The notes: a model not told the origin generated them from the sequence alone. A DNA stretch of 36,279 nucleotides from a virus (IMGVR_UViG_3300021411_000015:1-36279); one strand, 5' to 3'; counted from the stretch's first letter, positions 16,427 to 27,020 are shown. A program made the numbers and translations.

Positions 16427-19400
16427 GGACATCATTTCCACAGCCTGGGTCCGGATTCGGGCTATCGGCAAGGATCTGGGTTCCGACGTCCGCAAGGTCA
16501 TCGACGACGCCACCAAATCGTCCGAGGGTTCAGCGCGCGACGCCGGAGCCAAGACGGGCGGATCATTCGGCGACGGATTCACCAAGGGCGCCGACGGTCG
16601 CATGCGTGACTCCAAGGGCCGCTTCGTCGCCTACGGCAAGCAGTCCGGCGACGGCTTCACCCTCGGGTTCGGCAACAGCCTGAATAAGCTGGCGCTGAAT
16701 ATCTGGAGCCTCAAAACCGTCGGCACCGCGCTGAAGCAGGTCACCGGACCGGCACTATTGGCCACCAAGGCCATCGGTATCGCCGGTGCGGCCGGTGCCG
16801 CAGTAGCGCTCTCAGGTGCGGCCATCGGCGTCGTCGGGGCGCTCTCGCAGATCGCGGGTGTCGCACCGGTCGCGGTGGCCGGACTCGGCGCGATGGCGGC
16901 GGTCATCGGCACCGTGAAGCTGTCCACGATGGGCATGTCGCAGGCGTTCAAGGATTCGACGTCGGCGGCTGCCAGTACTGCGGCGGGGCAGAAGAAAATC
17001 GCTGCCGATATGAAGGGGCTGGCACCCAGCGCGGCCGCGCTGGTCACGCAGGTGCTCGCCCTTAAGCCGGCGTTCACCTCGCTACAGCAGGGCGTGCAAG
17101 GCAACTTCTTCGCCGGCCTCGCCGGCAACGTGAAATCCCTGGCTGGCACCTTCCTGCCGCAACTGCGGGTCGGGCTCGGCGGTATCGCCACCAGCCTGAA
17201 CGGCATCGTCCGCTCCGGTGCCGGCGCACTGTCCGGCGGTGTGCTCGGCGGTGGTGGACTATCGGCGACCCTGGGGCACGTCAGCGCTGCGCTGAATGCG
17301 GCCAAGCCGGGTCTGATCGCGATGGTGGATGCGTTCACCCGGATCGGCGTGACCGGCTCGAAGTACCTACCGCAGGTCGCCGCGCTGATGTCCACGATCG
17401 CGGTCCGGTTCGATGCCTTCATCGCCAAGGCGGATGCATCCGGCAAATTGGACGCGTTTATCCAGGGCGGCATCAAGGCATTCCGGCAGATGGCCGGGAT
17501 CGTCGCGAATCTCGTGGTCGGTATCGGCAATGTGCTGGCTGCTGCCGCACCGCTGGGCAGCCTACTGCTGGGGAAGTTCGCCCTCCTTGCGCAGGGCTTC
17601 AAGGCCATCACGACCTCAACCGGCAGCAAGGACGAGTTCTCCGCGTTCTTCACCGACCTGATGCCGATCCTGTCCACCCTCGGCTCGCTGCTGGCCACCG
17701 TCGTGAAGGCGCTGGAGCCGCTGCTGCCGATTGTGCTGCAGGTCGCGCAGGTCCTCGGTCAAGGACTGATCAAGGCCATCAAGGATCTCTCGCCCGGGCT
17801 CGTGGCCATGGGGAAGATCGTTCTCGGGCTGGCCGGTCCGCTGACCCTGATCGTCGATGCGATCGCGCAAGGCCTCTCCGCCGCGCTGGTAACGCTGGTG
17901 CCGCTGATCAAGCCTGTGGCCGCGGCGTTCGTCGCGCTCGCACCGGTCGTCGGCGCACTGGTGTCGAACATCCTGACCCCGTTCCCGCCGCTGCTCGCTG
18001 CCGTGGCCAAGGCGTTCGAGATCCTCGCGCCCGCCCTCACTCCGTTGATAAACATTCTCGGGACACTCATCAACGGCGCGCTGGCCGCGCTGACGCCAGT
18101 GCTTGGCGTCGTGGTGAAATTGCTCTCCGGCCTGCTGCTCGCCGCGATCAAGGCGCTTGTGCCGGTCCTGCCGGCGATCGTCACCGCATTCACCAAGTTC
18201 GGTCTGGTGCTCGCGGGCAGTCTCGCGCCCCTGCTGCCGCCGCTGGTGAAGGCGTTCAGCGAACTGCTGCTGGCGCTACTGCCGATGGTGCCAACGTTTA
18301 TTGGGCTCGCCACGGCACTGATTCCCATCGTGGCGGCGACACTTCAGTTGGCCGCAAACATCCTGCCCCCATTGATCAAGTTCCTCTCGCCGCTGGCCCC
18401 GCTGATCCTGGGCGTTGTCCTAGCTATGAAGGCCTGGAACCTGGTCATGCTGATCATGGAGGCGAACCCGGTAATACTGCTGATTACAGGAATCGGTCTC
18501 GCCGTCGTAGGCCTGATATTCGGTATCACCGAACTGGTCAAGCATTTCAACGTGGTCGTCGACTTCTTCACTAAGACGTTGCCTCAGGCGTTCATGACGG
18601 CACTGAACTGGATCAAGGCTCACGTCCCCGGCTGGGTGCTGCCATTCATCCCCTTCATCGGCCTGCCGATCCTGATCTGGGAGCACTGGTCGGGGATCGT
18701 CGGCGCGCTGTCGTCGGTATTCGCCACGATCAAGAACGCCTTCGCGACAGCCTTCGGTGCAATCGCTACGGCCGCCAGTGCTACTTGGTCGGTCATCACG
18801 GCGGTCTTCAACATCGGCATGAAGGTGCTGGAGATCGCCGGCAAGGTGATATTCGCCTTGGTTGTCGGGCCGTTCATCCTGGCCTGGGATGCACTGAAGT
18901 TCGCGACCAGCGCGTTGTGGGGTTGGATCGGCCCGTATGTGATGACCGCGATACATGCCGTCGGGGCGGTGATATCGGCTGGCCTGCACGCGATCTCGGT
19001 GGCCTGGTCGGCGATCTGGGGCGCCATCCAAACGGCGGCCGTCACGCTGTGGCGAGCCATCAGCGGATTCTTCATCGCCGCCTGGCACGACTTCACCGCC
19101 CTCGTGCACACGGTGTGGCAGGGCTGGGTCAATATCGCGGTCGCGATCTGGGGCACCATCGGCGCCCCAGTCAAGGCCGTCTGGCGGGCACTGTCGGGCT
19201 GGTTCTCCGCCGCATGGTCGGCCTTCTTCGGTGCCGCCTCATCGGCGTGGCATCACATCGTCAGCGCAGTCACGAGCGCCTGGGGTGCGATCACGGCCCC
19301 GATCAAGCACACCTGGAACACGCTCTCGGGCTGGCTATCGGACACGTGGGCGACGTTCAAGACCACCGTCGGCAAGACGTGGACGAACATCGCCGGGAAA

Positions 19401-20687
19401 ATCACCGGCGCCTTCTCCGGTGTCGCGGGGGCTATCTCCTCGGCGTGGAACGGAATCAAGTCGGCGTTCACCACGCCCATCAACTGGATTATCACGAAGG
19501 TCATCGATCCCTTCCTGGATGCCATCTCCAAGATCCCCGGCGTCCCGCATTGGCACGTCGACAAGATCGCCACTGGCGGCGGCGGCAAACAGAACGGCAC
19601 TGGCGGCGGCGGTGGCGTAGGTGGCAACGGCACGTTGATCCCCGGCTTCGCCGGCGGCGGCGATGTACCGCCGCACGGCATGGCGTGGGTCGGTGAGCGC
19701 GGCAAGGAACTGATCTCCGGGGCCGCTGGCGCGCGGGTCTACACGCATGGCCAGTCGATGAAGATGGCGAAGGGCATGGGGCACATCCCCGGCTATTTCC
19801 TCGGCGGCATCGTCAACGGCATCAAGGACATCGGCAACTACACCTGGTCTGCCGGTAAGGCCGGGGTGGCCGGCGCCCGGGATCTGGCCGGGACCGCGGT
19901 CGGCGGGATCGTGCGCGGCGCGGAGAAGGTCGCGAACTCCGCGATCGGCAGCGTCCCGGGCGGCGACCTGTTCTCCGGTATGGCCAACGGGATCATGGGC
20001 AAGATCGCCGATGGGGTCGAGAACTTCATCAAAGGCAAGGGCTCCAAGCAGCCCGCCGGCGGCATCAGCCTCCCGAAGGGCTCCGCGGTCGGGCGGTGGG
20101 CCGGCACGGTCAAGGCCGTCCTCGCGCAGCTGCACCAGCCCGCCAATCTCGTCAACGCGTTCCTGTCGCTGATCGGTTTCGAGTCCGCCGGCAATCCTAA
20201 GGCCGTCAATAAGTCGGACATCAACTGGCAGCACGGCACGCCGTCGGTCGGTTTGGCACAGGTCATCGGTCCGACCTTCGCCGCGAACGCCGGGCCGTAT
20301 CTGCACACCGGCCCGTTCGAGTACGGCGTATCAGAGAATCCGAAGGCCAACGTCTACGCCGGCATGAACTACGGCATCCGGAATTACGGATCGATCTCGA
20401 ACATCCCCGGCATCAAGTCCGTCGGGCAGGGCGGCGGCTACCGCCCGTACGACCAGGGCGGCTGGCTGAACCCCGGCGACACCATGGCCGTCAACAACAC
20501 CGGCCACAAGGAAGCGGTCATGCCGCAGGACGTCATGGCCAACACCATCCGGCAAGAGATGGGCGGCATGGCCGACTCCGCAACGTTGCTCGCCCAGATC
20601 GAAGCGCACCTGGCCAACATCGCCACCTACACCGCCGTGACCGCGGCGGGTAACGGTGGGGACACCTATGGCGGGCCGACCTACTGA
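16419..20687 (+). CDS. Tape measure protein with C-terminal lytic transglycosylase domain
   Basis: 1422 aa, Ala/Leu/Pro amphipathic repeats, Trp-spaced repeats, FAGGG..WVGERG.E, and SLT motifs ESAGNP.A.N / GLAQV...TF / N..AG.NY...YG. Confidence 0.93.
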   Translation: MAEDIISTAWVRIRAIGKDLGSDVRKVIDDATKSSEGSARDAGAKTGGSFGDGFTKGADGRMRDSKGRFVAYGKQSGDGFTLGFGNSLNKLALNIWSLKTVGTALKQVTGPALLATKAIGIAGAAGAAVALSGAAIGVVGALSQIAGVAPVAVAGLGAMAAVIGTVKLSTMGMSQAFKDSTSAAASTAAGQKKIAADMKGLAPSAAALVTQVLALKPAFTSLQQGVQGNFFAGLAGNVKSLAGTFLPQLRVGLGGIATSLNGIVRSGAGALSGGVLGGGGLSATLGHVSAALNAAKPGLIAMVDAFTRIGVTGSKYLPQVAALMSTIAVRFDAFIAKADASGKLDAFIQGGIKAFRQMAGIVANLVVGIGNVLAAAAPLGSLLLGKFALLAQGFKAITTSTGSKDEFSAFFTDLMPILSTLGSLLATVVKALEPLLPIVLQVAQVLGQGLIKAIKDLSPGLVAMGKIVLGLAGPLTLIVDAIAQGLSAALVTLVPLIKPVAAAFVALAPVVGALVSNILTPFPPLLAAVAKAFEILAPALTPLINILGTLINGALAALTPVLGVVVKLLSGLLLAAIKALVPVLPAIVTAFTKFGLVLAGSLAPLLPPLVKAFSELLLALLPMVPTFIGLATALIPIVAATLQLAANILPPLIKFLSPLAPLILGVVLAMKAWNLVMLIMEANPVILLITGIGLAVVGLIFGITELVKHFNVVVDFFTKTLPQAFMTALNWIKAHVPGWVLPFIPFIGLPILIWEHWSGIVGALSSVFATIKNAFATAFGAIATAASATWSVITAVFNIGMKVLEIAGKVIFALVVGPFILAWDALKFATSALWGWIGPYVMTAIHAVGAVISAGLHAISVAWSAIWGAIQTAAVTLWRAISGFFIAAWHDFTALVHTVWQGWVNIAVAIWGTIGAPVKAVWRALSGWFSAAWSAFFGAASSAWHHIVSAVTSAWGAITAPIKHTWNTLSGWLSDTWATFKTTVGKTWTNIAGKITGAFSGVAGAISSAWNGIKSAFTTPINWIITKVIDPFLDAISKIPGVPHWHVDKIATGGGGKQNGTGGGGGVGGNGTLIPGFAGGGDVPPHGMAWVGERGKELISGAAGARVYTHGQSMKMAKGMGHIPGYFLGGIVNGIKDIGNYTWSAGKAGVAGARDLAGTAVGGIVRGAEKVANSAIGSVPGGDLFSGMANGIMGKIADGVENFIKGKGSKQPAGGISLPKGSAVGRWAGTVKAVLAQLHQPANLVNAFLSLIGFESAGNPKAVNKSDINWQHGTPSVGLAQVIGPTFAANAGPYLHTGPFEYGVSENPKANVYAGMNYGIRNYGSISNIPGIKSVGQGGGYRPYDQGGWLNPGDTMAVNNTGHKEAVMPQDVMANTIRQEMGGMADSATLLAQIEAHLANIATYTAVTAAGNGGDTYGGPTY

Positions 20688-22951
20688 TGACCGATTCCCT
20701 GTTCCTCGCCGGCCAGTTCGAAATCGCCCCCCGGGGTGATGTGTCGCAGGACTACGTCATCGGGCAGGACTACGACCTGGGCACGCCGGTCCCGGTAACC
20801 ACGATCGTCGCTGGGATGATGCTCGACGGCGACCGGCAGTCGGGGCTGCGGACCGGCAACAAAACGGTCAGTTTGCCGGTCATCATCACCGCGCCGGATC
20901 GACTCACGTTGTCGCAGATGACCGACGATCTGATGGCCGCCTGCAATGCGCCGACGTTCACGCTGCAGTGGACACCTGACGGCGGGATGCCGGTCGTCTG
21001 GGACTGCTACCGCGCGACCCCGAAGATCACCTGGGATGAACGCCTGGAGGAGCAGGCCGGCGGCACCATCTGCCAACGGCAGGTCAACATCACCTGCTCC
21101 GCCTCGCCGTTCGGCAAGTCCACCATCGCGCAGACCGTCGCGGCCAGCCAGGTGCCGCTGCTACTGGATGAATACAACACCGCACCGACGGGTGCCTACC
21201 TGGACTCGACGGTCTCCACCGACCCGGGCGGGGCCAGCGCGCAACTGTTCCCATGGTGGGGCTGGTCCAACGGCGTTCTGCAGCCGCAGTCCGGCGGCAC
21301 CATCGGACGGAACTTCGCTTCCGCGACCGACCTGTCCGCCTACGTCAAGGCGCTGGTCTGGGTCCGCCACCGCCCCACCGTCGGAACCGTCACGCTCGCG
21401 CTGACGCTGCGGCTGAACATCGGCACCATCGGCTCCCCAGTCTGGGTGACCTGCGCCAGTACGGCCCTGTTCGACAACTCCACCATCACCTTCTCCCCGG
21501 TGACATTCGGGCTGCCGACCAGCGCGAACCTGACCGCAGTCGTCGGCTACCAACTGGTGACCCTTTGCGTTCCGGCGATCGGCGAGAATCCCGACTACGC
21601 GCCCATCTGGTTCGACGAACTGTATGCGCTCGGCCCGACCTCAACCCGGCTATCCACCCCACATGGCGCGGTACTGTCCATCCCCGGCATCCTCGGCTCG
21701 GCCCGGACCCCGGCGAACCTGTCCGCGACCGCGCCACTGGCCGGCGCCGGGATGCTGCTGCACCGCCCGCCGATCGACCAGGATCCGAACCTGCAGATCC
21801 TCACCCAGGCCCCACCACTGCTCGGCATGCCGATGGTCATCCCCGCCGCGAATGCCCTCTTCGCCGGCACCTACTCCGCGGTCCTGGCCGCCGCCCCGGC
21901 CGCGACGGGTGCGCACACGTCCACGCTCACCCTCGCGCAGACGATCGGCCCCAACCTCGCGGCCCTGGATCTGGCCGATGGCGGCGAGGTCACCAGCTCG
22001 GGGGCGTTCTTCTCCCGTATCGGCGGCGGCACGACCGTCTTCATCACGCCTGGGCTTGGGGGGACGCCCGGCGCGATCCGGCTCACCAACGCCGCCAGTG
22101 CCGTGACCGGAGTCAACGCCTGGGGGGTGCAGCTCGGCTTCACCAACGGCACCGTCAACTCCGGGCTGACCCCGATCACGGCCGGCCTGAAATACGTCGC
22201 GCAGGTCATGGTCGGCGGCGGATCCACGGCCTGCAACATGAACATCACCATCGGCTGGTACGACCAGAACCTCAACCTGCTCTCGGCCTCCACCGCCCCG
22301 ACCTCCCTCGCACTCCCCGGCGGCTCGGCGACCGCGGTCTGGACATGCTCGGGTACGGCCCCGGCCGGCGCGTATTGGGCGTCGATCCGGGTCCGGAACT
22401 CCAACACCGTCCCGGCGTCGATGGCGTTCACCGTCGACAACATCCAGCTCGAGGTCGGCTCCGTCGCCTCCCCGTGGGTGCCGCCGGTGCAGATCGGATC
22501 GGCGACGCTGTCCGCCAACTGGACATCGGCCTCATCGACGGTGTCCACGTATGTCGTGCTCGGCGAATTCAACCTGCCACTGACGATCGTCGAGCCCGGC
22601 GCGTCGTTCGTCATCAAGGCCACCATCTCCGATGCGCAGGCCAACACCTACACCGACCTGATGCTGCTGGATACGACCGGCGAGCTCGTGCTGGTCAACC
22701 AGACCCCGGTGCCATTCACGACGCTGTACGTCGACGAACCCGACCCGCGGTACGGCATCGGGTTCGTCACCATCGACTACGGCGGCCAAGGTCGACTCAC
22801 CGCCGCCTCGGCAGCAGCGAACGCGTTGATCTCCGGTGGCCCGATCGCGTTGGAGCCCGGCACCAACGCACTGCTGTCCCACGGTCTCGCTGCGGTCCCT
22901 GCCGTGCTGGCGACGATCTACCCGCGCTGGCAAGGCGAACGGTCCGCGTAG
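20687..22951 (+). CDS. Minor tail protein (distal tail, Dit-like) with inserted carbohydrate-binding-like domains
   Basis: Follows TMP; N-terminal Dit-like part (NKTVSLPVII...L.WTP....PF); CBM-like insert (P.TAG..Y...IGWYD...GTAPAGA..A...DN.QLEVG..ASPW); ends YPRW. Confidence 0.7.
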   Translation: MTDSLFLAGQFEIAPRGDVSQDYVIGQDYDLGTPVPVTTIVAGMMLDGDRQSGLRTGNKTVSLPVIITAPDRLTLSQMTDDLMAACNAPTFTLQWTPDGGMPVVWDCYRATPKITWDERLEEQAGGTICQRQVNITCSASPFGKSTIAQTVAASQVPLLLDEYNTAPTGAYLDSTVSTDPGGASAQLFPWWGWSNGVLQPQSGGTIGRNFASATDLSAYVKALVWVRHRPTVGTVTLALTLRLNIGTIGSPVWVTCASTALFDNSTITFSPVTFGLPTSANLTAVVGYQLVTLCVPAIGENPDYAPIWFDELYALGPTSTRLSTPHGAVLSIPGILGSARTPANLSATAPLAGAGMLLHRPPIDQDPNLQILTQAPPLLGMPMVIPAANALFAGTYSAVLAAAPAATGAHTSTLTLAQTIGPNLAALDLADGGEVTSSGAFFSRIGGGTTVFITPGLGGTPGAIRLTNAASAVTGVNAWGVQLGFTNGTVNSGLTPITAGLKYVAQVMVGGGSTACNMNITIGWYDQNLNLLSASTAPTSLALPGGSATAVWTCSGTAPAGAYWASIRVRNSNTVPASMAFTVDNIQLEVGSVASPWVPPVQIGSATLSANWTSASSTVSTYVVLGEFNLPLTIVEPGASFVIKATISDAQANTYTDLMLLDTTGELVLVNQTPVPFTTLYVDEPDPRYGIGFVTIDYGGQGRLTAASAAANALISGGPIALEPGTNALLSHGLAAVPAVLATIYPRWQGERSA

Positions 22952-24184
22952 TTGTCCCGCCAAGGTGTATACAGCGATGCGCCGCAGGGCGGGGACCGGG
23001 TCTGGCTCGACGGGCTCGGTATCATCACCGGCCTCACCTACTCCACCGCCTACCCCGGCGGCGCCGATCAGGCGTCCTGGAACTTCCTGGTCCCCGAGGC
23101 GTTCGAGCACCGCGCACTCACCCCCGGGCGGCGCGTCGAAGTCCTCAACGGCGCGTCGCGGGTCTGGAAGGGCCGATTACAGGAGCCGGTGCCCGGGACG
23201 CCGTGGAACTGCTCGGCCGTCGGGATCGGCGCCGAAGCCGCGAGCTTCCGGGCATACGCGCCGAGCTCCAACAATGCACTCGCGCTGAACGAGGTCGTCG
23301 ACGGCGCGATCGACCGCGGCCTGCAATGGACCCGCAACGCGACGCTGCCGACGGAGACCGGCACCAACCAGAACTCGGCATCGATGACCGTGGCCGATGC
23401 GATGAACCAGGTAGCCGATGACAACAACCTCTACTGGAAGGTCGACAACCGCGGGAACGTCACCCTCGGCCCGTCGCCAGGAAATGCGACCCACCTGTTC
23501 TATGCGATCGACACGGCGGGCGCCAGGACCCTCAACGGCTTCGTCACCACGCTGTATCTGCATTACACCGACTCGACGTCGAAGACGATCAAGACGGTCG
23601 TGTCGAAAAACCAGGCGGCGATCGACCGGTTCGGCAATGTCGAGGACGAATACGACCTGTCCAGTGTCGGCACCATGTCCGCCGCCCATGCGCAGCAATA
23701 CGGTGATGCGCTCATCGCGAAGCTCACGCCCCGGTCCTATTTCTCCGACCAGTTCACCGCCACCAAAGGCCAACTGTGCACGCTGGGTGGCCAGCCGATA
23801 GATCTCGCCACCGCAGCGGCCGGCATCGACATGCGGGTGCATTACGTCGCCCCGTCCGCGACCGGTGAGGTCTATCCCGGCCAGCAGGCCGACATTCTCA
23901 TCGGCGCCACCCAATACGACTCCGACAACGAGACGCTGACCCTGACCCCCGTCGGACCGCCGAGTGCGACCTACCCCGAGGCGCAGCTGGCCAAGCAGGC
24001 CACCGCGAACTATCTGCGATACGAGCACTGGCAGAACGACCTCGCCATCGCCCGCGCCCGCGCCGCGAAAGCCGCCGCAGCACGCCGAGCACGACGTAAG
24101 GCCGCCGCGGAAAAGGCGACGGCCGTACTCAAGGCTCGCACGCTTGCGGCGAAACGCCAGGCCGCCAAGAAGAAACGGAAGTGA
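22952..24184 (+). CDS. Minor tail protein (baseplate hub/Tal-like) with basic C-terminal tail
   Basis: PGG...ASW, G.RVEV..G...VW.G.L.EP, N.AAIDRFG.VE motifs; Lys/Arg/Ala-rich last ~45 aa. Confidence 0.7.
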   Translation: MSRQGVYSDAPQGGDRVWLDGLGIITGLTYSTAYPGGADQASWNFLVPEAFEHRALTPGRRVEVLNGASRVWKGRLQEPVPGTPWNCSAVGIGAEAASFRAYAPSSNNALALNEVVDGAIDRGLQWTRNATLPTETGTNQNSASMTVADAMNQVADDNNLYWKVDNRGNVTLGPSPGNATHLFYAIDTAGARTLNGFVTTLYLHYTDSTSKTIKTVVSKNQAAIDRFGNVEDEYDLSSVGTMSAAHAQQYGDALIAKLTPRSYFSDQFTATKGQLCTLGGQPIDLATAAAGIDMRVHYVAPSATGEVYPGQQADILIGATQYDSDNETLTLTPVGPPSATYPEAQLAKQATANYLRYEHWQNDLAIARARAAKAAAARRARRKAAAEKATAVLKARTLAAKRQAAKKKRK

Positions 24185-24187
24185 CGC

Positions 24188-24508
24188 ATGCCTAGCTATT
24201 CCAACGCCGGCACGGTCTGGGTGGGAACGGCGACGGCAGTCATCCACGCCTCGTTCCGCCACGACGGCCCCAACAACGTCTCGTTCCCGGCCGGCCTATT
24301 CACCGCCGCACCGGTCGTGCAGCTCACCGCGCAGATGGCCACCTCTGCGGATAACCCGGTCACCGCGAACACGGTCCGTACCGCAGCGCACGGCAGCACC
24401 GGCGGAATCGATGCGACCGGATTCTCCTACGTCGTATTCGCCGAGAACGCTGTCACCTCCGATCTGACCGTGACCGTGCAGATCACCGCGATCGCCCCCG
24501 GTCCGTAA
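24188..24508 (+). CDS. Small minor tail protein (H-type lectin-like beta domain)
   Basis: VSFPAGLFTAAPVVQLT ... ATGF motif. Confidence 0.55.
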   Translation: MPSYSNAGTVWVGTATAVIHASFRHDGPNNVSFPAGLFTAAPVVQLTAQMATSADNPVTANTVRTAAHGSTGGIDATGFSYVVFAENAVTSDLTVTVQITAIAPGP

Positions 24509-24819
24509 TGCGCGGACAGCCCGCCCGGGTGCAACCGATGGCCAACGGCGAAACGCCGCTGGCCTGGTCGCGGGCAGACATGCAGAGCGGCACGGCGACG
24601 TTCACCGGAAACGGTGCGACGACGACGATTACCGTCTCGCACGGTCTCGGATCCGTTCCGTCGCAGGTGATCCTGACCATCGGCTCTGCCAATACCTACG
24701 CATATGGCTGGACGACTAAGACAGCCACGAGCTTCACGGTGAGTATCAAGAACTCCCAGACCGGCGCCCCCGTGGCGAATCTGCAGGTCATTCCGATCGA
24801 CTGGATTGTTATCCAATAA
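24508..24819 (+). CDS. Small minor tail protein
   Basis: TAATG coupling; G.ATF.G.G....ITV.HGLG.VPS.V ... T.F.V ... I.WI pattern of small tail beta domains. Confidence 0.6.
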   Translation: MRGQPARVQPMANGETPLAWSRADMQSGTATFTGNGATTTITVSHGLGSVPSQVILTIGSANTYAYGWTTKTATSFTVSIKNSQTGAPVANLQVIPIDWIVIQ

Positions 24820-24837
24820 CACACGAGAGGCGGCGCT

Positions 24838-25188
24838 GTGGACCCGACTATAGCCGTCTCAGCTGTTGCACTAATCCTGTCAGCGATCGGGGCGTATTTC
24901 ACCTTCCGTGGCAAGAAGGCGGAAGTCCGGGTTGTCGATGACGCGAACCTCCGGGATGACCAGAGGGAATTCATTAAAGTGCTGCGTTCCTCAGAGGCAG
25001 AGCAGCGGGAACGCGGCACCGTTTTAGAGACGGAAATTCAGCGGCTCCGTATCGAGATGTCTGCGCTCCGGGAAGATTTGGCCCAGACCCGCGCCGACCT
25101 TGCTGCCGAACGGGTCGCCCGCCGCGCAGGTGAAGCGGCCGGGGCGGCACAGCGGGCCGCTGACCGATTTGAGGGCGAGCAGCCATGA
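24838..25188 (+). CDS. Membrane protein with coiled coil (lysis-cassette accessory/holin-like)
   Basis: N-terminal TM (IAVSAVALILSAIGAYFTF) then long heptad region; GAGAGG RBS. Confidence 0.7.
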   Translation: MDPTIAVSAVALILSAIGAYFTFRGKKAEVRVVDDANLRDDQREFIKVLRSSEAEQRERGTVLETEIQRLRIEMSALREDLAQTRADLAAERVARRAGEAAGAAQRAADRFEGEQP

Positions 25189-26096
25189 CGCACAAAGCGC
25201 CGCCGGGTAAGCAGCTCTTGTCGGAACTGCCACGGCGTGACCGGTTCTCGGTGCAGCATTGGCGGGGCATCGGCGCCGCGTCCGTTCTGGTGTTGATCCT
25301 CGGTGCGGGTGTCATCGTCGCGTTGATCCGCATCAGTCAGGCCACCGATCAGGTTACGGGCCTGCAAGGGTCGGTGCAGGCGCTGACGACGGCTGGGGCG
25401 CAGAATCAGGCCCGACTGCAGCAGTTAGGCCAGGCGACCGTCGGGCCGCCGGTGGCGTCCATCTCGGCCGGTAAAGCATCGCCGACACCGACCGATGTAG
25501 CGCCGGTCAGTCCGCAGCAGTCGAGTACAGAACTGGTTCCGGTACGGCCCACGCAGGCGCAGGTCGGCCGCGCCGTCGACGCCTACTTCACCGCCCATCC
25601 GCCACAGCCACCGATCTCAGCGGCCGCATTGACGACGAAGGTCGCATCATTCGTCGCGGCATACCTGCGGGACCATCCCGCCCCGGCAGGGAAACCCGGA
25701 CCGACCGGCTCACCCGGACCGACGGGCAGCCCGGGCGTGGCCTGCACCGTGGAGCAGAACCCCGACTGCCAAGGCCCACAGGGATCGACCGGTGCGCAAG
25801 GCCCACCGCCGACGGATGCACAAATCGCCGCAGCGGTGCAGCAATACCTACCGGCTGCGGTAGCGGCCTATCTGACCGCGAACCCGCCCGCGTCCGGCCC
25901 GCCCGGATCCCAAGGCCCAGAAGGAAGCCAAGGCCCACCAGGCAGTCCAGGCAGTCCCGGTCCGTCTGGAAGTCCAGGTGCGACAGGTTCGCCACCGGCT
26001 TCCTGGCAATGGACCGATCCCGGCACAGGCGTCATGCATGTCTGCACCCGCGATGCCGGCTCGCCGGATGACGCGCCGACCTACACCTGCACCTAA
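25185..26096 (+). CDS. Membrane-anchored collagen-like protein
   Basis: One TM, short coiled coil, G-X-Y runs (GKPGPTGSPGPTGSPG; GPPGSQGPEGSQGPPGSPG), C-terminal Cys pair. Confidence 0.8.
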   Translation: MTHKAPPGKQLLSELPRRDRFSVQHWRGIGAASVLVLILGAGVIVALIRISQATDQVTGLQGSVQALTTAGAQNQARLQQLGQATVGPPVASISAGKASPTPTDVAPVSPQQSSTELVPVRPTQAQVGRAVDAYFTAHPPQPPISAAALTTKVASFVAAYLRDHPAPAGKPGPTGSPGPTGSPGVACTVEQNPDCQGPQGSTGAQGPPPTDAQIAAAVQQYLPAAVAAYLTANPPASGPPGSQGPEGSQGPPGSPGSPGPSGSPGATGSPPASWQWTDPGTGVMHVCTRDAGSPDDAPTYTCT

Positions 26097-26110
26097 CGAG
26101 GAGCACAACC

Positions 26111-27019
26111 ATGACCGTTGTTACACGCGGATTCGACTGCGGCTTCGGGCCGCCATCCGTCTCATCAGCTCAGGCTTCGCCGTACGGGCATTTCTGGGCC
26201 ACCTACCTACGGAAGCGCACCAGCTCCGGGATTCACGTCCTCAACGCTGCTACGGCCGCAGCGTACAAGGCGGCGAAGATTCCGCTGGTCTTCCTCTACG
26301 AGGACGCCGACCCGGCCCGGCTGGTGAACTCGGGCCGCGCAGGTGGAGCCGCGGATGCTCAGGTCGCCGCCAACGATCTCGCGGCGCTCGGGATCACGGA
26401 CTATCCCGCCGTCTACTTCTGCGCCGACACGGACACGAACAGCGGCCAATACGCCACCATCGCCGCCTACCTGCAAGGCGCCGCATCGGTGATCGGCGTC
26501 GCGCGGGTCGGCCTGTACGGCGAGGCAAACCTCATCGACTACGTCCGGAGCCATTCGTTGGCGTCGTGGTTTTTCCAGCCCTACGCCTGGTCCGGTCAAC
26601 GCATCGCGGCCGGCGTGCACATCTATCAGGGCAACTCCCAGTCAGAGCCGAAGAGGCCTTGGCAGACGGTCATCGGCGGGATCACCTGCGACATCGACGA
26701 AGCCCTGCAAACCAACTATGGCCAGTGGCCAGCGCCGGCCACTCCATTACCACCCAACGAGGGAGACTCCATGAGCTTCATCAGCAATCAGGCAGAGTTC
26801 AACAAGGCAATGTCGGAGTGGGCGAATGCCAGCCCGGACCAGGGTTTCCGCGAGGCGCTGGATACCTATTTCGCGTCGCGGATCCCCGACTCGGAACACC
26901 CGACGCCCGGGTCGATCAGTGAGCGCCTGGCCAACCGGAACGACGCCGTCCTCGGCGACCCCAAGGACGAGCAGAGCCTCTACAGCAAGCTGGTCCGCGC
27001 GCTCGATAAGAGCGCCTGA
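26111..27019 (+). CDS. Endolysin, DUF1906/GH25-like glycoside hydrolase
   Basis: GFD, YL, LVFLYE, G..DA..A, VYFCAD.D, YL.GAASV.G..RVGLYG, W.Q..AWSG, CDID....NYGQW. Confidence 0.85.
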   Translation: MTVVTRGFDCGFGPPSVSSAQASPYGHFWATYLRKRTSSGIHVLNAATAAAYKAAKIPLVFLYEDADPARLVNSGRAGGAADAQVAANDLAALGITDYPAVYFCADTDTNSGQYATIAAYLQGAASVIGVARVGLYGEANLIDYVRSHSLASWFFQPYAWSGQRIAAGVHIYQGNSQSEPKRPWQTVIGGITCDIDEALQTNYGQWPAPATPLPPNEGDSMSFISNQAEFNKAMSEWANASPDQGFREALDTYFASRIPDSEHPTPGSISERLANRNDAVLGDPKDEQSLYSKLVRALDKSA

Positions 27020-27020
27020 C

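Noticed and set aside
16590-16630. RDSKGRF motif in TMP, similar to RGQDGKF in TerS
   Set aside because: Short motif common in phage proteins; not evidence of a mobile element here.
21253-23421. 722-aa alternative + frame ORF
   Set aside because: Arg/Pro/His-rich off-frame translation overlapping Dit/Tal; expected from high GC3.
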